From an archaeon (GTDB lineage: Archaea; Nanobdellota; Nanobdellia; Pacearchaeales; GW2011-AR1): a stretch of 64,000 nucleotides of DNA. The stretch covers positions 2,445-66,444 of the forward strand of contig JABHLR010000002.1 of assembly GCA_018693315.1 (NCBI GenBank), in the 5' to 3' direction. Position numbers and translations under genes: made by a program. Position 1 is the stretch's first letter; each line of letters opens with the position of its first letter. Shown here in pieces: positions 18,866 to 28,821 of the stretch. A model generated the notes under the pieces. It ran no database searches, was not told where the DNA came from, and worked only from the letters and a program-made list of their open reading frames with translations.

Positions 18866-19786
18866 ATGGTTTATCGAATAGGAAAGTTGAAATTGAAGAA
18901 TCGGTTTTTGTTGGCGCCGATGCTGGAGCCGAATGATGTTGCGTTTAGGTTGTTGTGCAAGAAGGCTGGATGTGGCTTGACTTATTGTGGGATGACTTCT
19001 CCTTTGTCTAGACAGAAGATGTTCTTGGATGATAAGCCTGCGGTTCAGTTGTTTGGGAATTCGGCAAAGGGAATTGCGAGCTTTATTAAGAAATATGATT
19101 CAAAGGTTTCGCTTTGGGATTTTAATTTGGGGTGTCCGTCGAAGTTGTCGAAGAAGATGGGACATGGGGCATATCTATGTATTGATGCATTCGCACCCAA
19201 GGGTGTACCTCCTGCCCAGAAGGCATCCGCTGGCGCGGACAAGGGAGGCAATATTGAGACGATTGAGAAAATTTTGAAAGTGATGTGTGGGGCTACTAAG
19301 AAACCTGTGACGATTAAGTTGAGGAAGTCTGGGAAGGCTATTGAGATTGCTAAGATGGCTGAGAAATATGTTGATGCGATTGGGATTCATGCTCGGACTG
19401 CTTCACAAGGTTATTCTGGTGATGTTGATTATGATTTTGCTTTGAGGCTGAAGAAGGCCGTTTCGGTTCCTGTTATTTATTCTGGGAACGTTAATGAGAA
19501 GAATGTTAAGAAAATTTTGAAGGATTTTGATTTTGTATTTGTTGGGCGAGAAGCGATTGGGGATCCTGGGATTTTTGCTCGATTGAATGGTAAGAAATCT
19601 AAAATCGGATTTAGGGGTTATTTGAAGTTGGCGAAAAAGTATAAATTGTTTTTTAGGCAGATCAAATATCAGGCGATGAATTTTACGAAGGGTGTTGTTG
19701 GGGCGAAGAAATTGAGGTTGGGTTTGATTGGAGCGAAGAGTATTGGGGATGTCGAGAGGGTAGTTTTAAATAATAAGTTAGGTTGA
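18866..19786 (+). CDS. dus: tRNA-dihydrouridine synthase family protein with in-frame repeat insertion
   Basis: LAPM, VQLFG, DFNLGCP, PVTIKLR, IHART, GR.AIG.P. Confidence 0.9.
   Translation: MVYRIGKLKLKNRFLLAPMLEPNDVAFRLLCKKAGCGLTYCGMTSPLSRQKMFLDDKPAVQLFGNSAKGIASFIKKYDSKVSLWDFNLGCPSKLSKKMGHGAYLCIDAFAPKGVPPAQKASAGADKGGNIETIEKILKVMCGATKKPVTIKLRKSGKAIEIAKMAEKYVDAIGIHARTASQGYSGDVDYDFALRLKKAVSVPVIYSGNVNEKNVKKILKDFDFVFVGREAIGDPGIFARLNGKKSKIGFRGYLKLAKKYKLFFRQIKYQAMNFTKGVVGAKKLRLGLIGAKSIGDVERVVLNNKLG
19194..19251 (+). repeat. Family B 58-nt element, intragenic copy in dus
   Basis: Ungapped alignment to the reverse complement of 36061-36118; 29 of the first 33 nt identical. Confidence 0.85.
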
Positions 19787-19793
19787 GGTTTTT

Positions 19794-20723
19794 ATGATTT
19801 GGAAAATAATTGCGGTGATGCTGGTTGTGCTTTTGGTTTTGTTTTCTGCTTCTTATGTTTACCAATATATGCCTCATGATGCCGTTGAGTTGAGGCAGGG
19901 GAATACTGTGCCCGAGTCTATTGTTATGGTTGAGTATGGCGCGGTTCCTGTGTTTGCTGAGAACTTGAGGTTTAATCACAATGATATTTCTTATTTTATT
20001 GAGAATGACTGTAATGGTGTTCGGAGTGCCGCGATGCGTGAGGCGTTTAATATTTTTGAACAGAGGATGAAAATTGTTTCGTTTTATGAGGTTAGTGGCG
20101 GTGCTGATATTGATGTTGGGTGTTCTGATGATTATATTGAGGTTGGGGAAAGGTTGTTCGCTGCCGGAGAGGGCGGCCCTTCTAGAATAATTAACACTAG
20201 CGTTTTTAAGACGATCGAGAAAGGGAAAATTATTTTGTATGATGAGCCAAGGTGTGTAACTCCGAATGTTGAGATTCATGAGCTTGGGCATGTTTTTGGG
20301 TTTGATCATTCGCCTAATCCTGGAAATATAATGTATAATGTTTCGCGATGCGACCAGCATATTAGTGAGGATATGGTTGATTTGATTTCTGAGCTTTATT
20401 CGATTGAACCTTTGGCGGATGCTTCGATAAGTGATGTTGAGGCTGTGACTCGTGGGCGATATTTGGATTTTAATATTACTGTTTTGAATGAGGGGTTGCT
20501 CGATATTGATGCTATGAATTTAACGATTTTTGTTGATGGCGAGGAGGCTCAGATTATGGATCTTGGTAAAATTGGGATTGGTTATGGTAGGACGCTGAAG
20601 GCTACAAATGTTATGATGGATTCTAGGGGTTCTGATAAAATTGATTTTGTTCTTGATAGCGAAAAGGCTGTTCGGGAATTGAATGAAGGAAATAATGTCG
20701 TTGAAATGACTGTTGGTTCTTGA
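19794..20723 (+). CDS. Matrixin-family zinc metalloprotease with C-terminal CARDB-like domain
   Basis: N-terminal TM; HELGHVFGFDH + NIMY Met-turn; E.NE.NN. Confidence 0.88.
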   Translation: MIWKIIAVMLVVLLVLFSASYVYQYMPHDAVELRQGNTVPESIVMVEYGAVPVFAENLRFNHNDISYFIENDCNGVRSAAMREAFNIFEQRMKIVSFYEVSGGADIDVGCSDDYIEVGERLFAAGEGGPSRIINTSVFKTIEKGKIILYDEPRCVTPNVEIHELGHVFGFDHSPNPGNIMYNVSRCDQHISEDMVDLISELYSIEPLADASISDVEAVTRGRYLDFNITVLNEGLLDIDAMNLTIFVDGEEAQIMDLGKIGIGYGRTLKATNVMMDSRGSDKIDFVLDSEKAVRELNEGNNVVEMTVGS

Positions 20724-20757
20724 TAAAACTTAAAAACCTGTCGTGGGTGGAATTTTA

Positions 20758-22878
20758 ATGGAAAGAGATGAGTTGGAATATTTGGAGATTTTGAAAGGGT
20801 TGATGGAATTGCCGTTTCAGGTTGGCAAAAATTTGTTGATTGATTTTTTGAGTGGGAACTTGAAGAATAAGTCTGTGATTAAGAATCAGTTGGATGTGTT
20901 AAATGGGTTTGGGAGTTTGAATTGGGATTCTGGTAGGATTTCGAATGAGATCGATAAGTTGATTGTGAGTGGAATGATTGAGATGGTTCAGAGTGATTAT
21001 AATCGTTTTGTGAAAGTTTTGGGTTTGTCGATTAAAGGTCGGAATGAGATTACGAATCCTACTTTGCCTGATAAAAAATTGGCGAAAAGAGCTGAGTTTA
21101 AGGAGACTGAAATTAGCGATGAGGATAGGGCTCTGTTTGAAGAGCATGGACAGTTTTTGAAAAGATTTAATGATGAGCAAAAAAAGGCGATTGTTTCTGG
21201 GGCGCCGAATGTGCTTTGTGTTGCTGGGGCTGGATCTGGGAAGACCACAATTTTAACGAAGAGGATTGAGTTTTTGGTGAAATGTAAGGGTGTTGATCCG
21301 TCGAAGATTTTGGCGATTACTTTTACGAGAAAAGCTAGGAAACAAATGGAAGAGCGGCTTGCTAAGTTGGGGGTTAGTGGTGTTCTTGTTAATACTTTTA
21401 ATTCGTTTTGTGAGAAAATTTTGAGAAGACATGAGGCTCAGATTTATGGGCGACCGATTCGGGTGCAGAGTTATGGAGATAAGATTCTTGCGATGAATAT
21501 GGCTTTGGCTTCGTTGGGGATGGATATGCAGGACGTTGTGAATAGTTATTTTAATTTGTCACAGAAGAAATTTATGACTGGGAGTCAGATGGCGAATAGT
21601 TTTATGAATGATTGTTTTTCGGTGATGAATTATTTTAAGGTGACTGGAAGTGAGCATGATTTTTCGAAGGATGTTGATATTCGTGATAGGAAAAATGCTG
21701 AGAGAATTTTTAGGATTGTGAAATTTTTGAGGGAGCATATGGAGGTTCAGGGCTTGAGAGATTATAGTGATCAGATAATTGATGCGATTGGTTTTTTGAA
21801 AAAGAATGCTGGGGCGATTCCGCAGTTTGAGCATGTTTTGGTTGATGAGTATCAGGACGTGAATGCGATGCAGATTGAGTTGTTGGATTTATTGGCGGCT
21901 CCTAATTTGTTTGTGGTTGGGGATCCGAGGCAGAGTATTTTTGGATGGAGGGGTTCTGATATAAAATATATTTTGGACTTTGAAAAGGGGCGAGATAATG
22001 TTGAGGTTGTGCATATGACTAAGAATTATCGGAGTGCGCAGGAAATTGTTGGGTTTATGAATCATGCGATTTCTGATATGGGGTTGCCGGATTTGGAGCA
22101 TCAGCAGTTTAAGGTTGGGAAGGATGAGCGGATTGTAAGGATTTTGGATTTTGAAAATGAGGAGGCTGAGCGGGCTTTTGTGATTAGGAATATTGTTGAT
22201 GGAGATGTTCCTAATAATAAGATTTTTGTTTTGGCGAGGACGAATCGGCAGTTGAATGAGTTATCTAGGTTGATGAAGACTGCTGGGATTCCGCATTTTG
22301 TTAGAGAGGATGATAGGGGTCAGGTTATGAAAGAGGGCGAGGAGGCTGTGACTTTGGCGACGGTTCATGCGATTAAGGGGCTTGAGGCGAAGAAGGTTTT
22401 TGTGATTGGAGCGAACGAGCAGAATTTTCCGTGTAAGGCTAGTGACCATCCTGCTATTGAGATGTTGAAGACTGAGGATTATGACCGGGAGGAGGAGGAG
22501 CGGCGTTTGTTTTATGTTGCGATTTCTCGGGCGAAGAAAATTTTGTATGTGACTTATTCTGGGAAGAAGCCTAGTTATTATATTAATGATGAGATGCGGG
22601 CTTTGGCGAATCCTGGTGAATCTGGTGGAAATAAAACTTTGGAGAAAGCTGTTGTTGATGATGGGGTTGTCGGGGAATTGAAAAGCTGGAGGGCGGCTGT
22701 TAGCGGGGAGAGGGGTGTTTCTTCTTTTATGATTTTGACTAATGCTACGATTGATGAGATTGCTCGGGTGATGCCTAAGGACGCTGATGAGCTGGCGAAG
22801 GTGAAGGGAATTGGTCCGGCGAAGTTGGTTGAGCATGGTGGGAAAATTTTGGATATTGTGAATGGGGTTTGGGATTAG
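20758..22878 (+). CDS. UvrD/Rep-family helicase with N-terminal RQC-like and C-terminal HRDC domains
   Basis: AGAGSGKT, TFTRKA, VDEYQD, GDPRQSIFGWRG, NYRS, TVH..KGLE, EERRLFYVA.SRA; HRDC L..WR..A....P....L..V.GIG. Confidence 0.9.
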   Translation: MERDELEYLEILKGLMELPFQVGKNLLIDFLSGNLKNKSVIKNQLDVLNGFGSLNWDSGRISNEIDKLIVSGMIEMVQSDYNRFVKVLGLSIKGRNEITNPTLPDKKLAKRAEFKETEISDEDRALFEEHGQFLKRFNDEQKKAIVSGAPNVLCVAGAGSGKTTILTKRIEFLVKCKGVDPSKILAITFTRKARKQMEERLAKLGVSGVLVNTFNSFCEKILRRHEAQIYGRPIRVQSYGDKILAMNMALASLGMDMQDVVNSYFNLSQKKFMTGSQMANSFMNDCFSVMNYFKVTGSEHDFSKDVDIRDRKNAERIFRIVKFLREHMEVQGLRDYSDQIIDAIGFLKKNAGAIPQFEHVLVDEYQDVNAMQIELLDLLAAPNLFVVGDPRQSIFGWRGSDIKYILDFEKGRDNVEVVHMTKNYRSAQEIVGFMNHAISDMGLPDLEHQQFKVGKDERIVRILDFENEEAERAFVIRNIVDGDVPNNKIFVLARTNRQLNELSRLMKTAGIPHFVREDDRGQVMKEGEEAVTLATVHAIKGLEAKKVFVIGANEQNFPCKASDHPAIEMLKTEDYDREEEERRLFYVAISRAKKILYVTYSGKKPSYYINDEMRALANPGESGGNKTLEKAVVDDGVVGELKSWRAAVSGERGVSSFMILTNATIDEIARVMPKDADELAKVKGIGPAKLVEHGGKILDIVNGVWD

Positions 22879-22974
22879 TATTCTGTGATGTATATGTTGT
22901 AGGACAATAATGTTTTATAAGCTGAGGTATTTAATTTTCTTACCCGGGAAAGAGAGTTAAGTGATTCAATAAAG

Positions 22975-24942
22975 ATGAATACAAAAAAAATGCTGGGACT
23001 CGGGTTGGTTGTTGTTTTCTTAGTTTCAAGTTTTATGATTGTTAGCGCTGAGAGTTTTAGATGGGATGTTGATTCTACAGCGACGGGCACGCTAACTACT
23101 ACTACTAATGGTGTAATTATTGTTAGAAATCCTGATGGCGCTGGTGGGCCACACTTGACTGGAAATGCGGCTTGTACAAAAAATGGGTATACCGGTTGTA
23201 ATAAAGTTCTTGCTGGAGTTATTGGTTCTCATGATGATCATTATATTCCTTTGAATTATAACTGTCATTATATTTTCTTGGATGGGCGACATGATAGGCC
23301 GGTTTTGCAGGTGAGTTGTTCTAAAACTACGACAACTAGTTCTGTTGCTTTAGCTGGTAATGATTTTGGGGATGAAACAATTTCCTTTGCTGATGGAATT
23401 AAGAATTTTGGGAAGTTCAGTATTTCTTATCCTGGTTATAGTTCGATTACAAATAAAGTTCATACTTTGAGTGTTGATTCGAGTGATGTTATGGTTTGGT
23501 TTTCAACTGGTGGATCTAGCACTTCTAGCACTTCTGCGAATATTATGGGATGCTTGGATTTGGATTCTAATGATGTTTGTGATTATCTTGATGACGATAA
23601 GGATGGAGATGGATATGATGCGAGTGTTGATGATTGTGATGATAATGATGCTTCGATAAATCCTGGGGCAACTGAAGTTTGCGATAGTGTTGATAATGAC
23701 TGTGATGGTTCTGTCGATGAGGGTTGTGGAGTTTTTGGTACTTACTATAGAGATTTGGATGGTGATGGGTATGGTAATTTAGGGAATCCTATTATTTCTT
23801 TTGGTGCTCCTCTTGGATATGTTGGTAACAATGATGATTGTGACGACTGGCGCGCTAGTGTGCACCCTGGTGCTGTTGAGATTTGCGGGAATGATATTGA
23901 TGAAGACTGTGATGGTGTAGCTGACGATGGATGTACCACGCCTGTTGATGATGATAAAGATGATGATGGGTATAATGCTAGTGTTGATGATTGTGATGAT
24001 AACGATGCTGCTGTGAATCCTGGGGCGATTGAGATTTGTGATGACGGGGTTGATAATAATTGTGATGGGGATATTGATGAGGGTTGTACTACTCCTGTTA
24101 ATGACGATGTAGATGGTGATGGGTATAATGCTAGTGTTGATGATTGTGATGATAATGATGCTGCTGTGAATCCTGGAATGCTAGAAGCTTGTGATGATGG
24201 GGTTGATAATAATTGTGATGGAGATATTGATGAGGGTTGCGGGACTACTGATTCAAATGCTCCTGTTATTGATTTTTTTGCTCCTTTTGATGGACAGATT
24301 TTCTATGGGCTTCCTTTTGTTGTTGATTTTGTGTTTGGAGTAAATGATCAGTCTGATGTTTTTGATTGTCATGTGGATATTAATGGGGAGTCGCATACTG
24401 TGATTAATGTTAACAAGAGTGAGAATAATAGCCTTGAGGTTAGTTTGGATGAAGGGAATTATAGCGCGATGGTTTTCTGCGCTGATTCTTTTGGTAATAT
24501 GGGAAATGGTAGCGAGGTTTTGTTTGGTGTTGAGCAGTTTGGAACTTGTTCTGTTGATGCGAATTGTACTGATTATTATGGTGAGCGATATTGCTCCGGA
24601 GACGACATCTACCAGACTTTCCACGACTTGAGCTGTGTTGGTGGAAGTTGTGTTGAAAATGTTAGTGAGGTGTTTGTGAAGGGCTGTAAGGATGATTGCA
24701 GGAGTGGGAAGTGCCGAAACGATGACGATGATGACGATGATGACGATGATGAACCTGTGAATTTTTTTGTTAGTAGAGATACTTTGGTTCCTAGTGTGAT
24801 TGGGGTTAATGCTTCTGGTGATATTAATCTTGGGACTTATGCTAGTGCTGAGAGCAATAGGCTTCCTTGGGTTTGGATTTTTCTGTTGATTGTGGGCGTT
24901 GTGGTTTTGTTGTTCGCTATTGTTTGGGCTGGGATGGATTGA
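22975..24942 (+). CDS. Cell-surface protein with repeated Cys/Asp-rich metal-binding (MopE-like) motifs
   Basis: Signal peptide; 4x D.DGDGY..DCDD....NPGA.E.C..DN.CDG..DEGC; C-terminal TM. Confidence 0.85.
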   Translation: MNTKKMLGLGLVVVFLVSSFMIVSAESFRWDVDSTATGTLTTTTNGVIIVRNPDGAGGPHLTGNAACTKNGYTGCNKVLAGVIGSHDDHYIPLNYNCHYIFLDGRHDRPVLQVSCSKTTTTSSVALAGNDFGDETISFADGIKNFGKFSISYPGYSSITNKVHTLSVDSSDVMVWFSTGGSSTSSTSANIMGCLDLDSNDVCDYLDDDKDGDGYDASVDDCDDNDASINPGATEVCDSVDNDCDGSVDEGCGVFGTYYRDLDGDGYGNLGNPIISFGAPLGYVGNNDDCDDWRASVHPGAVEICGNDIDEDCDGVADDGCTTPVDDDKDDDGYNASVDDCDDNDAAVNPGAIEICDDGVDNNCDGDIDEGCTTPVNDDVDGDGYNASVDDCDDNDAAVNPGMLEACDDGVDNNCDGDIDEGCGTTDSNAPVIDFFAPFDGQIFYGLPFVVDFVFGVNDQSDVFDCHVDINGESHTVINVNKSENNSLEVSLDEGNYSAMVFCADSFGNMGNGSEVLFGVEQFGTCSVDANCTDYYGERYCSGDDIYQTFHDLSCVGGSCVENVSEVFVKGCKDDCRSGKCRNDDDDDDDDDDEPVNFFVSRDTLVPSVIGVNASGDINLGTYASAESNRLPWVWIFLLIVGVVVLLFAIVWAGMD

Positions 24943-24995
24943 TGTTAATCTCGGTGTCGCAATCTTTAAAAGCTGTTTTATTCTCTTTTTGTTAT

Positions 24996-25156
24996 GCTCC
25001 TATAGTCTAGAGGCCAAGGATGCCACCCTCTCAAGAGGTGGGAAACCCTCGTCGATGAGACAACGGTTTCATGTTCGCTTGAACAACCACTAAAATCTCT
25101 CACGAGATTTTGTTGGAGAACGGTGGTGACCCGGGTTCGAATCCCGGTGGGAGCGT
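24996..25156 (+). tRNA. tRNA-Glu(CUC) with 87-nt intron at 37/38 (25034-25120)
   Basis: GCUCCUA/UGGGAGC acceptor; CCACC/GGUGG stem; BHB helix CUCU/GGAG with AAC bulge; canonical GGUUCGAAUCC. Confidence 0.9.
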
Positions 25157-25285
25157 TATACCCTCTTGACCAATCGCGGGGACATATTTTTTGTTTAGAA
25201 ATAACTAAATGAAAACTAAAAAACAAGAATTTTTGAAAAATATGTCACCAGTAGGTGGTCGACAATTATTATATAGTCTATTTTT

Positions 25286-26488
25286 GTGGACACTGACACC
25301 ATGAAAATTGATCCTTACAACCACGAAGGGTCGCTGACCCGTTGGAAAGATAAGGTGCGGGAATTGGGAGGAATTCCTGACATCTCGAGACAGAACTCGG
25401 AGATAATTTTGAAATACATGAGCGACATGGAACTCGGAATTAACACATCCCTATCGAGTAAAAAAGGAGCGAGAAGTTTTGTTCGAATCAACACAATAAG
25501 ACAAAGACTTACATTCCTAGCCAAGAAATTCAAAGAAATTCTTGATGTTGATGATATGATTCTCCTAACTGAGCAACAAATTTGTTCATTCTTTGTTGAC
25601 ATGCGTAAGGGCGTCATAAAACGGCAGGACGGGCGCAGATATAAGGCGACACGAGACTTTGTTAAGATATTTAAGGCATTCTGGCACTGGTGGCAAAAAG
25701 TCGCACGTAAGGCGGGACAAACGGTTGAAGACATTACAGTTTACCTAGACTCCTCGGGAGAGAAACCCGAATGGGTATATCTCAACGAAGAACAAATCAG
25801 AATCTTCTGTGATAATTGCAATTTAAAATATAAAGTTCTTACTATGTTTTTGTTTGATACAGGCATTAGGGCTCCGACCGAATTACTGAACATGAAAGTT
25901 TCTGATTTGTCTAGAGATTGCAAGGAACTAAATATTCGAGATGAAGTTTCGAAAACATTTGGTAGGAGAATTAAGTTAATGCTTTGCTCAGAATTGATTA
26001 AGAGATACATCAAAGAGAATAACTTAAGTCAAGACGATTATATATTCAAATTCAGCCCCTATGTTGCCAATCGTTACCTGAAAAGGTTAGCTAAAAAATT
26101 ATTTGGCGATGAAAAGAGTTTGGCTGGTCAGAATTATTCTGATTTGACGATGTATGATTTTAGGCATTGTAGTTGTTGTTATTGGCTTGTGAGATATAAA
26201 TCTGAGTCGGCTCTTAAATTTAGATTTGGTTGGAAGAAATCAGATAAGATTCATTATTATTCTGAAATGCTTGGAATGAGAGATACGATTAGTGAAGAAG
26301 ATTTATTGGTCGATGTCACAAAAACGGAATTAGAACAAAGATTAGTCAAATCAGAAAATAGAAGTGAGCTTCTAGAGGCTCAGGTCGAAGCCATGAAGAG
26401 ACAGATGGCTGCGATAAAAGTTGATGTGAATAGGGTTCATTGGGGTATTAAGGAGGCAATAAGATTGAAACTTCTGAAGACTTGTTAA
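25286..26488 (+). CDS. Tyrosine recombinase/integrase
   Basis: DTGIR..E, SKT, YDFRH (Y in place of H in HxxR), FGW, HYY. Confidence 0.88.
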   Translation: MDTDTMKIDPYNHEGSLTRWKDKVRELGGIPDISRQNSEIILKYMSDMELGINTSLSSKKGARSFVRINTIRQRLTFLAKKFKEILDVDDMILLTEQQICSFFVDMRKGVIKRQDGRRYKATRDFVKIFKAFWHWWQKVARKAGQTVEDITVYLDSSGEKPEWVYLNEEQIRIFCDNCNLKYKVLTMFLFDTGIRAPTELLNMKVSDLSRDCKELNIRDEVSKTFGRRIKLMLCSELIKRYIKENNLSQDDYIFKFSPYVANRYLKRLAKKLFGDEKSLAGQNYSDLTMYDFRHCSCCYWLVRYKSESALKFRFGWKKSDKIHYYSEMLGMRDTISEEDLLVDVTKTELEQRLVKSENRSELLEAQVEAMKRQMAAIKVDVNRVHWGIKEAIRLKLLKTC

Positions 26489-27357
26489 TTCCATTCTTAT
26501 TATTGGCGATAGCTTTCTCTTTTATTCTTGCCGAACCGATTCATAAGATTGAGAAAGAAATTCAAGAATTTCCAAGTAAATTAGTATCTTTTTTTACTAA
26601 TACGATTTTTATTATTTTCATAATTATTTTGTTTTCAGTTGGATTAATTTTTCTAATATTCTTCAAATATAAATCACATAGAGAACACAAAAGGATTGAA
26701 ATAGAGAAAAAAGAAATTAGAAAATCATTCAGCCCTAAGGCTAGAAAAATTTACCTTAAGGAGAATGAAGATAAAGAAATTAATGAAAAAGAATCAGAAG
26801 AAGATGTTGAGGATGAAGAATCATACGAACCTCTACCAATAGGAACCTATCAAAAAAGTGTGAATATAAAGGTTGATTCAGGTAAAAGATATTTTCACAA
26901 GAAGGACATAAGCAAAGATGAAGTTGAATATCTTCTGGATGAAGGTTATCAAATTAAAAAATATAAAAACCTCTTAAATAGTAGAATGGAAAAATTTCTT
27001 TTACAGCCGAGACATAATGAAAGTTTTACTCATTTATTTTTAACCCATAATATTTCCGAATTTCTAGAAAAAGAAGGTATTGAGACGGAATTATACACAA
27101 CTAAAAAACCAGATATTGTTTTTGAAATTCGTGGCAAGAGGTTTGCGATTGAAATAGAGACAGGTTCTATTTTTTCTAAGATTAGTAGGATGAAAGAAAA
27201 ATTAAAAGTTCTAGAGAATTATGACAAGTGGTTTTTTGTTGTGACTGATAGAAATAAGGTGAAGAAGTACAAAAGATATGGAGATGCAGTAGATAAAAGA
27301 TATGTAAAACCTAGGCTAGATAAGCTGATAAAACTCGCTAAAAAAGCCCAAAAATAG
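26482..27357 (+). CDS. Membrane-anchored protein with PD-(D/E)XK nuclease-like C-terminal domain
   Basis: N-terminal TM segments; KPDIVF...AIEIETG. Confidence 0.6.
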   Translation: MLIPFLLLAIAFSFILAEPIHKIEKEIQEFPSKLVSFFTNTIFIIFIIILFSVGLIFLIFFKYKSHREHKRIEIEKKEIRKSFSPKARKIYLKENEDKEINEKESEEDVEDEESYEPLPIGTYQKSVNIKVDSGKRYFHKKDISKDEVEYLLDEGYQIKKYKNLLNSRMEKFLLQPRHNESFTHLFLTHNISEFLEKEGIETELYTTKKPDIVFEIRGKRFAIEIETGSIFSKISRMKEKLKVLENYDKWFFVVTDRNKVKKYKRYGDAVDKRYVKPRLDKLIKLAKKAQK

Positions 27358-27488
27358 GACTCTGGATTTTGGGTGTGTAAATGGGGTCCTATCGTCGATA
27401 AATATTAGTATAAATTGGCAAAGAGTCAGTCGGCATAATATGTATGTGTAGGGGTAGTGACTAGGAGGTAAATTATTCTTATTTCTAG

Positions 27489-28067
27489 TTAATTCTCAAA
27501 CGCTATCAGATAAAAATAATGTCGATGCTTAAATGGGAAAAAATCTGTTCTCTGCTTAAATTTCTTGTAGATTATTTTCTTATCTAGCTTCTTCAACGTG
27601 TCCTTTATATCTAAATCATAAAACTTTTTGTTTTTATCAAGATTTATAATTTTCCGATCCAATGTAATTATTCCCAAACCACCCTTTTTTATAACCCTTT
27701 TAAATTCCGATAAAACTTTTAGCACATCAGTATAGAATAATGAATTTACGCAATAAACAACATCAAAGGAATTATCTTTAAATGGCATTTTCCCCATATC
27801 TCCCTTAGTAAACTTTATTTTTGGGTAATCCTTTCTTGCCCTTTTGATAAATTTCATATCATAGTCCAACCCCTCTGCGACAATGTTTTTCTGGTTCAAT
27901 AAATTCGTATGTTCTCCCTGTGCACAACCCACATCAAGAACCTTAACGGACCTCTTCTTAAAGTACTCATCTATTAACACGACAGTCAACTCCACATCAT
28001 TTTTTCTATTTGTCCAATGAGATTTTCCCTTATGGATAATCTTTATTGTTTTCTTATCAATTCCCAT
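27489..28067 (-). CDS. Class I SAM-dependent methyltransferase
   Basis: VLDVGCAQG, GDM..MPF.DNSFD, E..RV.K.GG. Confidence 0.9.
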   Translation of the reverse strand: MGIDKKTIKIIHKGKSHWTNRKNDVELTVVLIDEYFKKRSVKVLDVGCAQGEHTNLLNQKNIVAEGLDYDMKFIKRARKDYPKIKFTKGDMGKMPFKDNSFDVVYCVNSLFYTDVLKVLSEFKRVIKKGGLGIITLDRKIINLDKNKKFYDLDIKDTLKKLDKKIIYKKFKQRTDFFPFKHRHYFYLIAFEN

Positions 28068-28077
28068 ATTAAAATAA

Positions 28078-28821
28078 TTACAGCTCCTCTCTCCAAAAGA
28101 CGACCCTCTTCTCAATAAAAACAACAGCAAAATACATAATTAATCCAATCAATACAACATATAATAAGCCCGCGAATACCATTGCTGAATCCAACAAAGA
28201 AGCTGAATAGCTAATTTGATACCCAAGTCCGACACTAGAACTAATAAACTCCGCTACAATTGCCCCTACCGAAGCGAGAGCGATACCTATCTTTAACCCA
28301 GTAAACAAATAAGGTAAAGAATATGGGATTTGTACATTCCTTAATATCTCTGTTTTCGTACTACCCGCAGCTTTCATTATATTAATAAAACCTTTATTCA
28401 CAGACTCGATCCCTTTATTCAAATTAATAAAAATCGGAAAAAAGCAAACCAAACTAACAGTAATTAATTTTGGCAAAATTCCATGGCCAAACCAAATTAA
28501 TAGAAGAGGTATTAGTGCAATTTTTGGTACAATTTGAACCCCGACAAGCATTGGGTGTATAATTTCCTTAACGTATCTAGAATATACTCCCAAGATAGCC
28601 ACAATAAAAGCAAAAATTACGGCGACGAAAAAACCACTTAATATCTCTGACAAAGTCCAAAATGCATGCTCAGTTAAAATAGAAAAATTTTGTATAAATA
28701 CTGTAATTATTTCTATTGGTCCTGGAAGCAAAAAAGACGGAATATTAAGAAAACCTACCACAAATTCCCAAATAACGAGTAGAAGCAATATCGTTCCAAG
28801 TTGATAAATTAGCTTTTTCAA
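28078..28821 (-). CDS. ABC permease (SsuC/TauC/NitT family)
   Basis: LP.P, P.IA..PLL..WFG.G, EAA-like loop, GAIVAEF...GLG. Confidence 0.92.
   Translation of the reverse strand: MKKLIYQLGTILLLLVIWEFVVGFLNIPSFLLPGPIEIITVFIQNFSILTEHAFWTLSEILSGFFVAVIFAFIVAILGVYSRYVKEIIHPMLVGVQIVPKIALIPLLLIWFGHGILPKLITVSLVCFFPIFINLNKGIESVNKGFINIMKAAGSTKTEILRNVQIPYSLPYLFTGLKIGIALASVGAIVAEFISSSVGLGYQISYSASLLDSAMVFAGLLYVVLIGLIMYFAVVFIEKRVVFWREEL

Noticed and set aside
19194-19251. HDV-like ribozyme in the dus insert
   Set aside because: The resemblance (cctcct..cgctggcgc) is not conserved in the second copy, and the nested pseudoknot could not be built by eye.
23590-24245. Tandem DNA repeats suggesting a CRISPR array
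   Set aside because: They are in-frame protein repeats of the surface protein. No CRISPR array or cas genes were seen in the window.
25034-25120. C/D box guide within the tRNA-Glu intron
   Set aside because: Only a weak box C-like cgatga and no CUGA box D.
27428-27456. dif-like site (agtcggcataa...)
   Set aside because: Only one arm resembles a Xer site; there is no matching inverted arm at 6-bp spacing.
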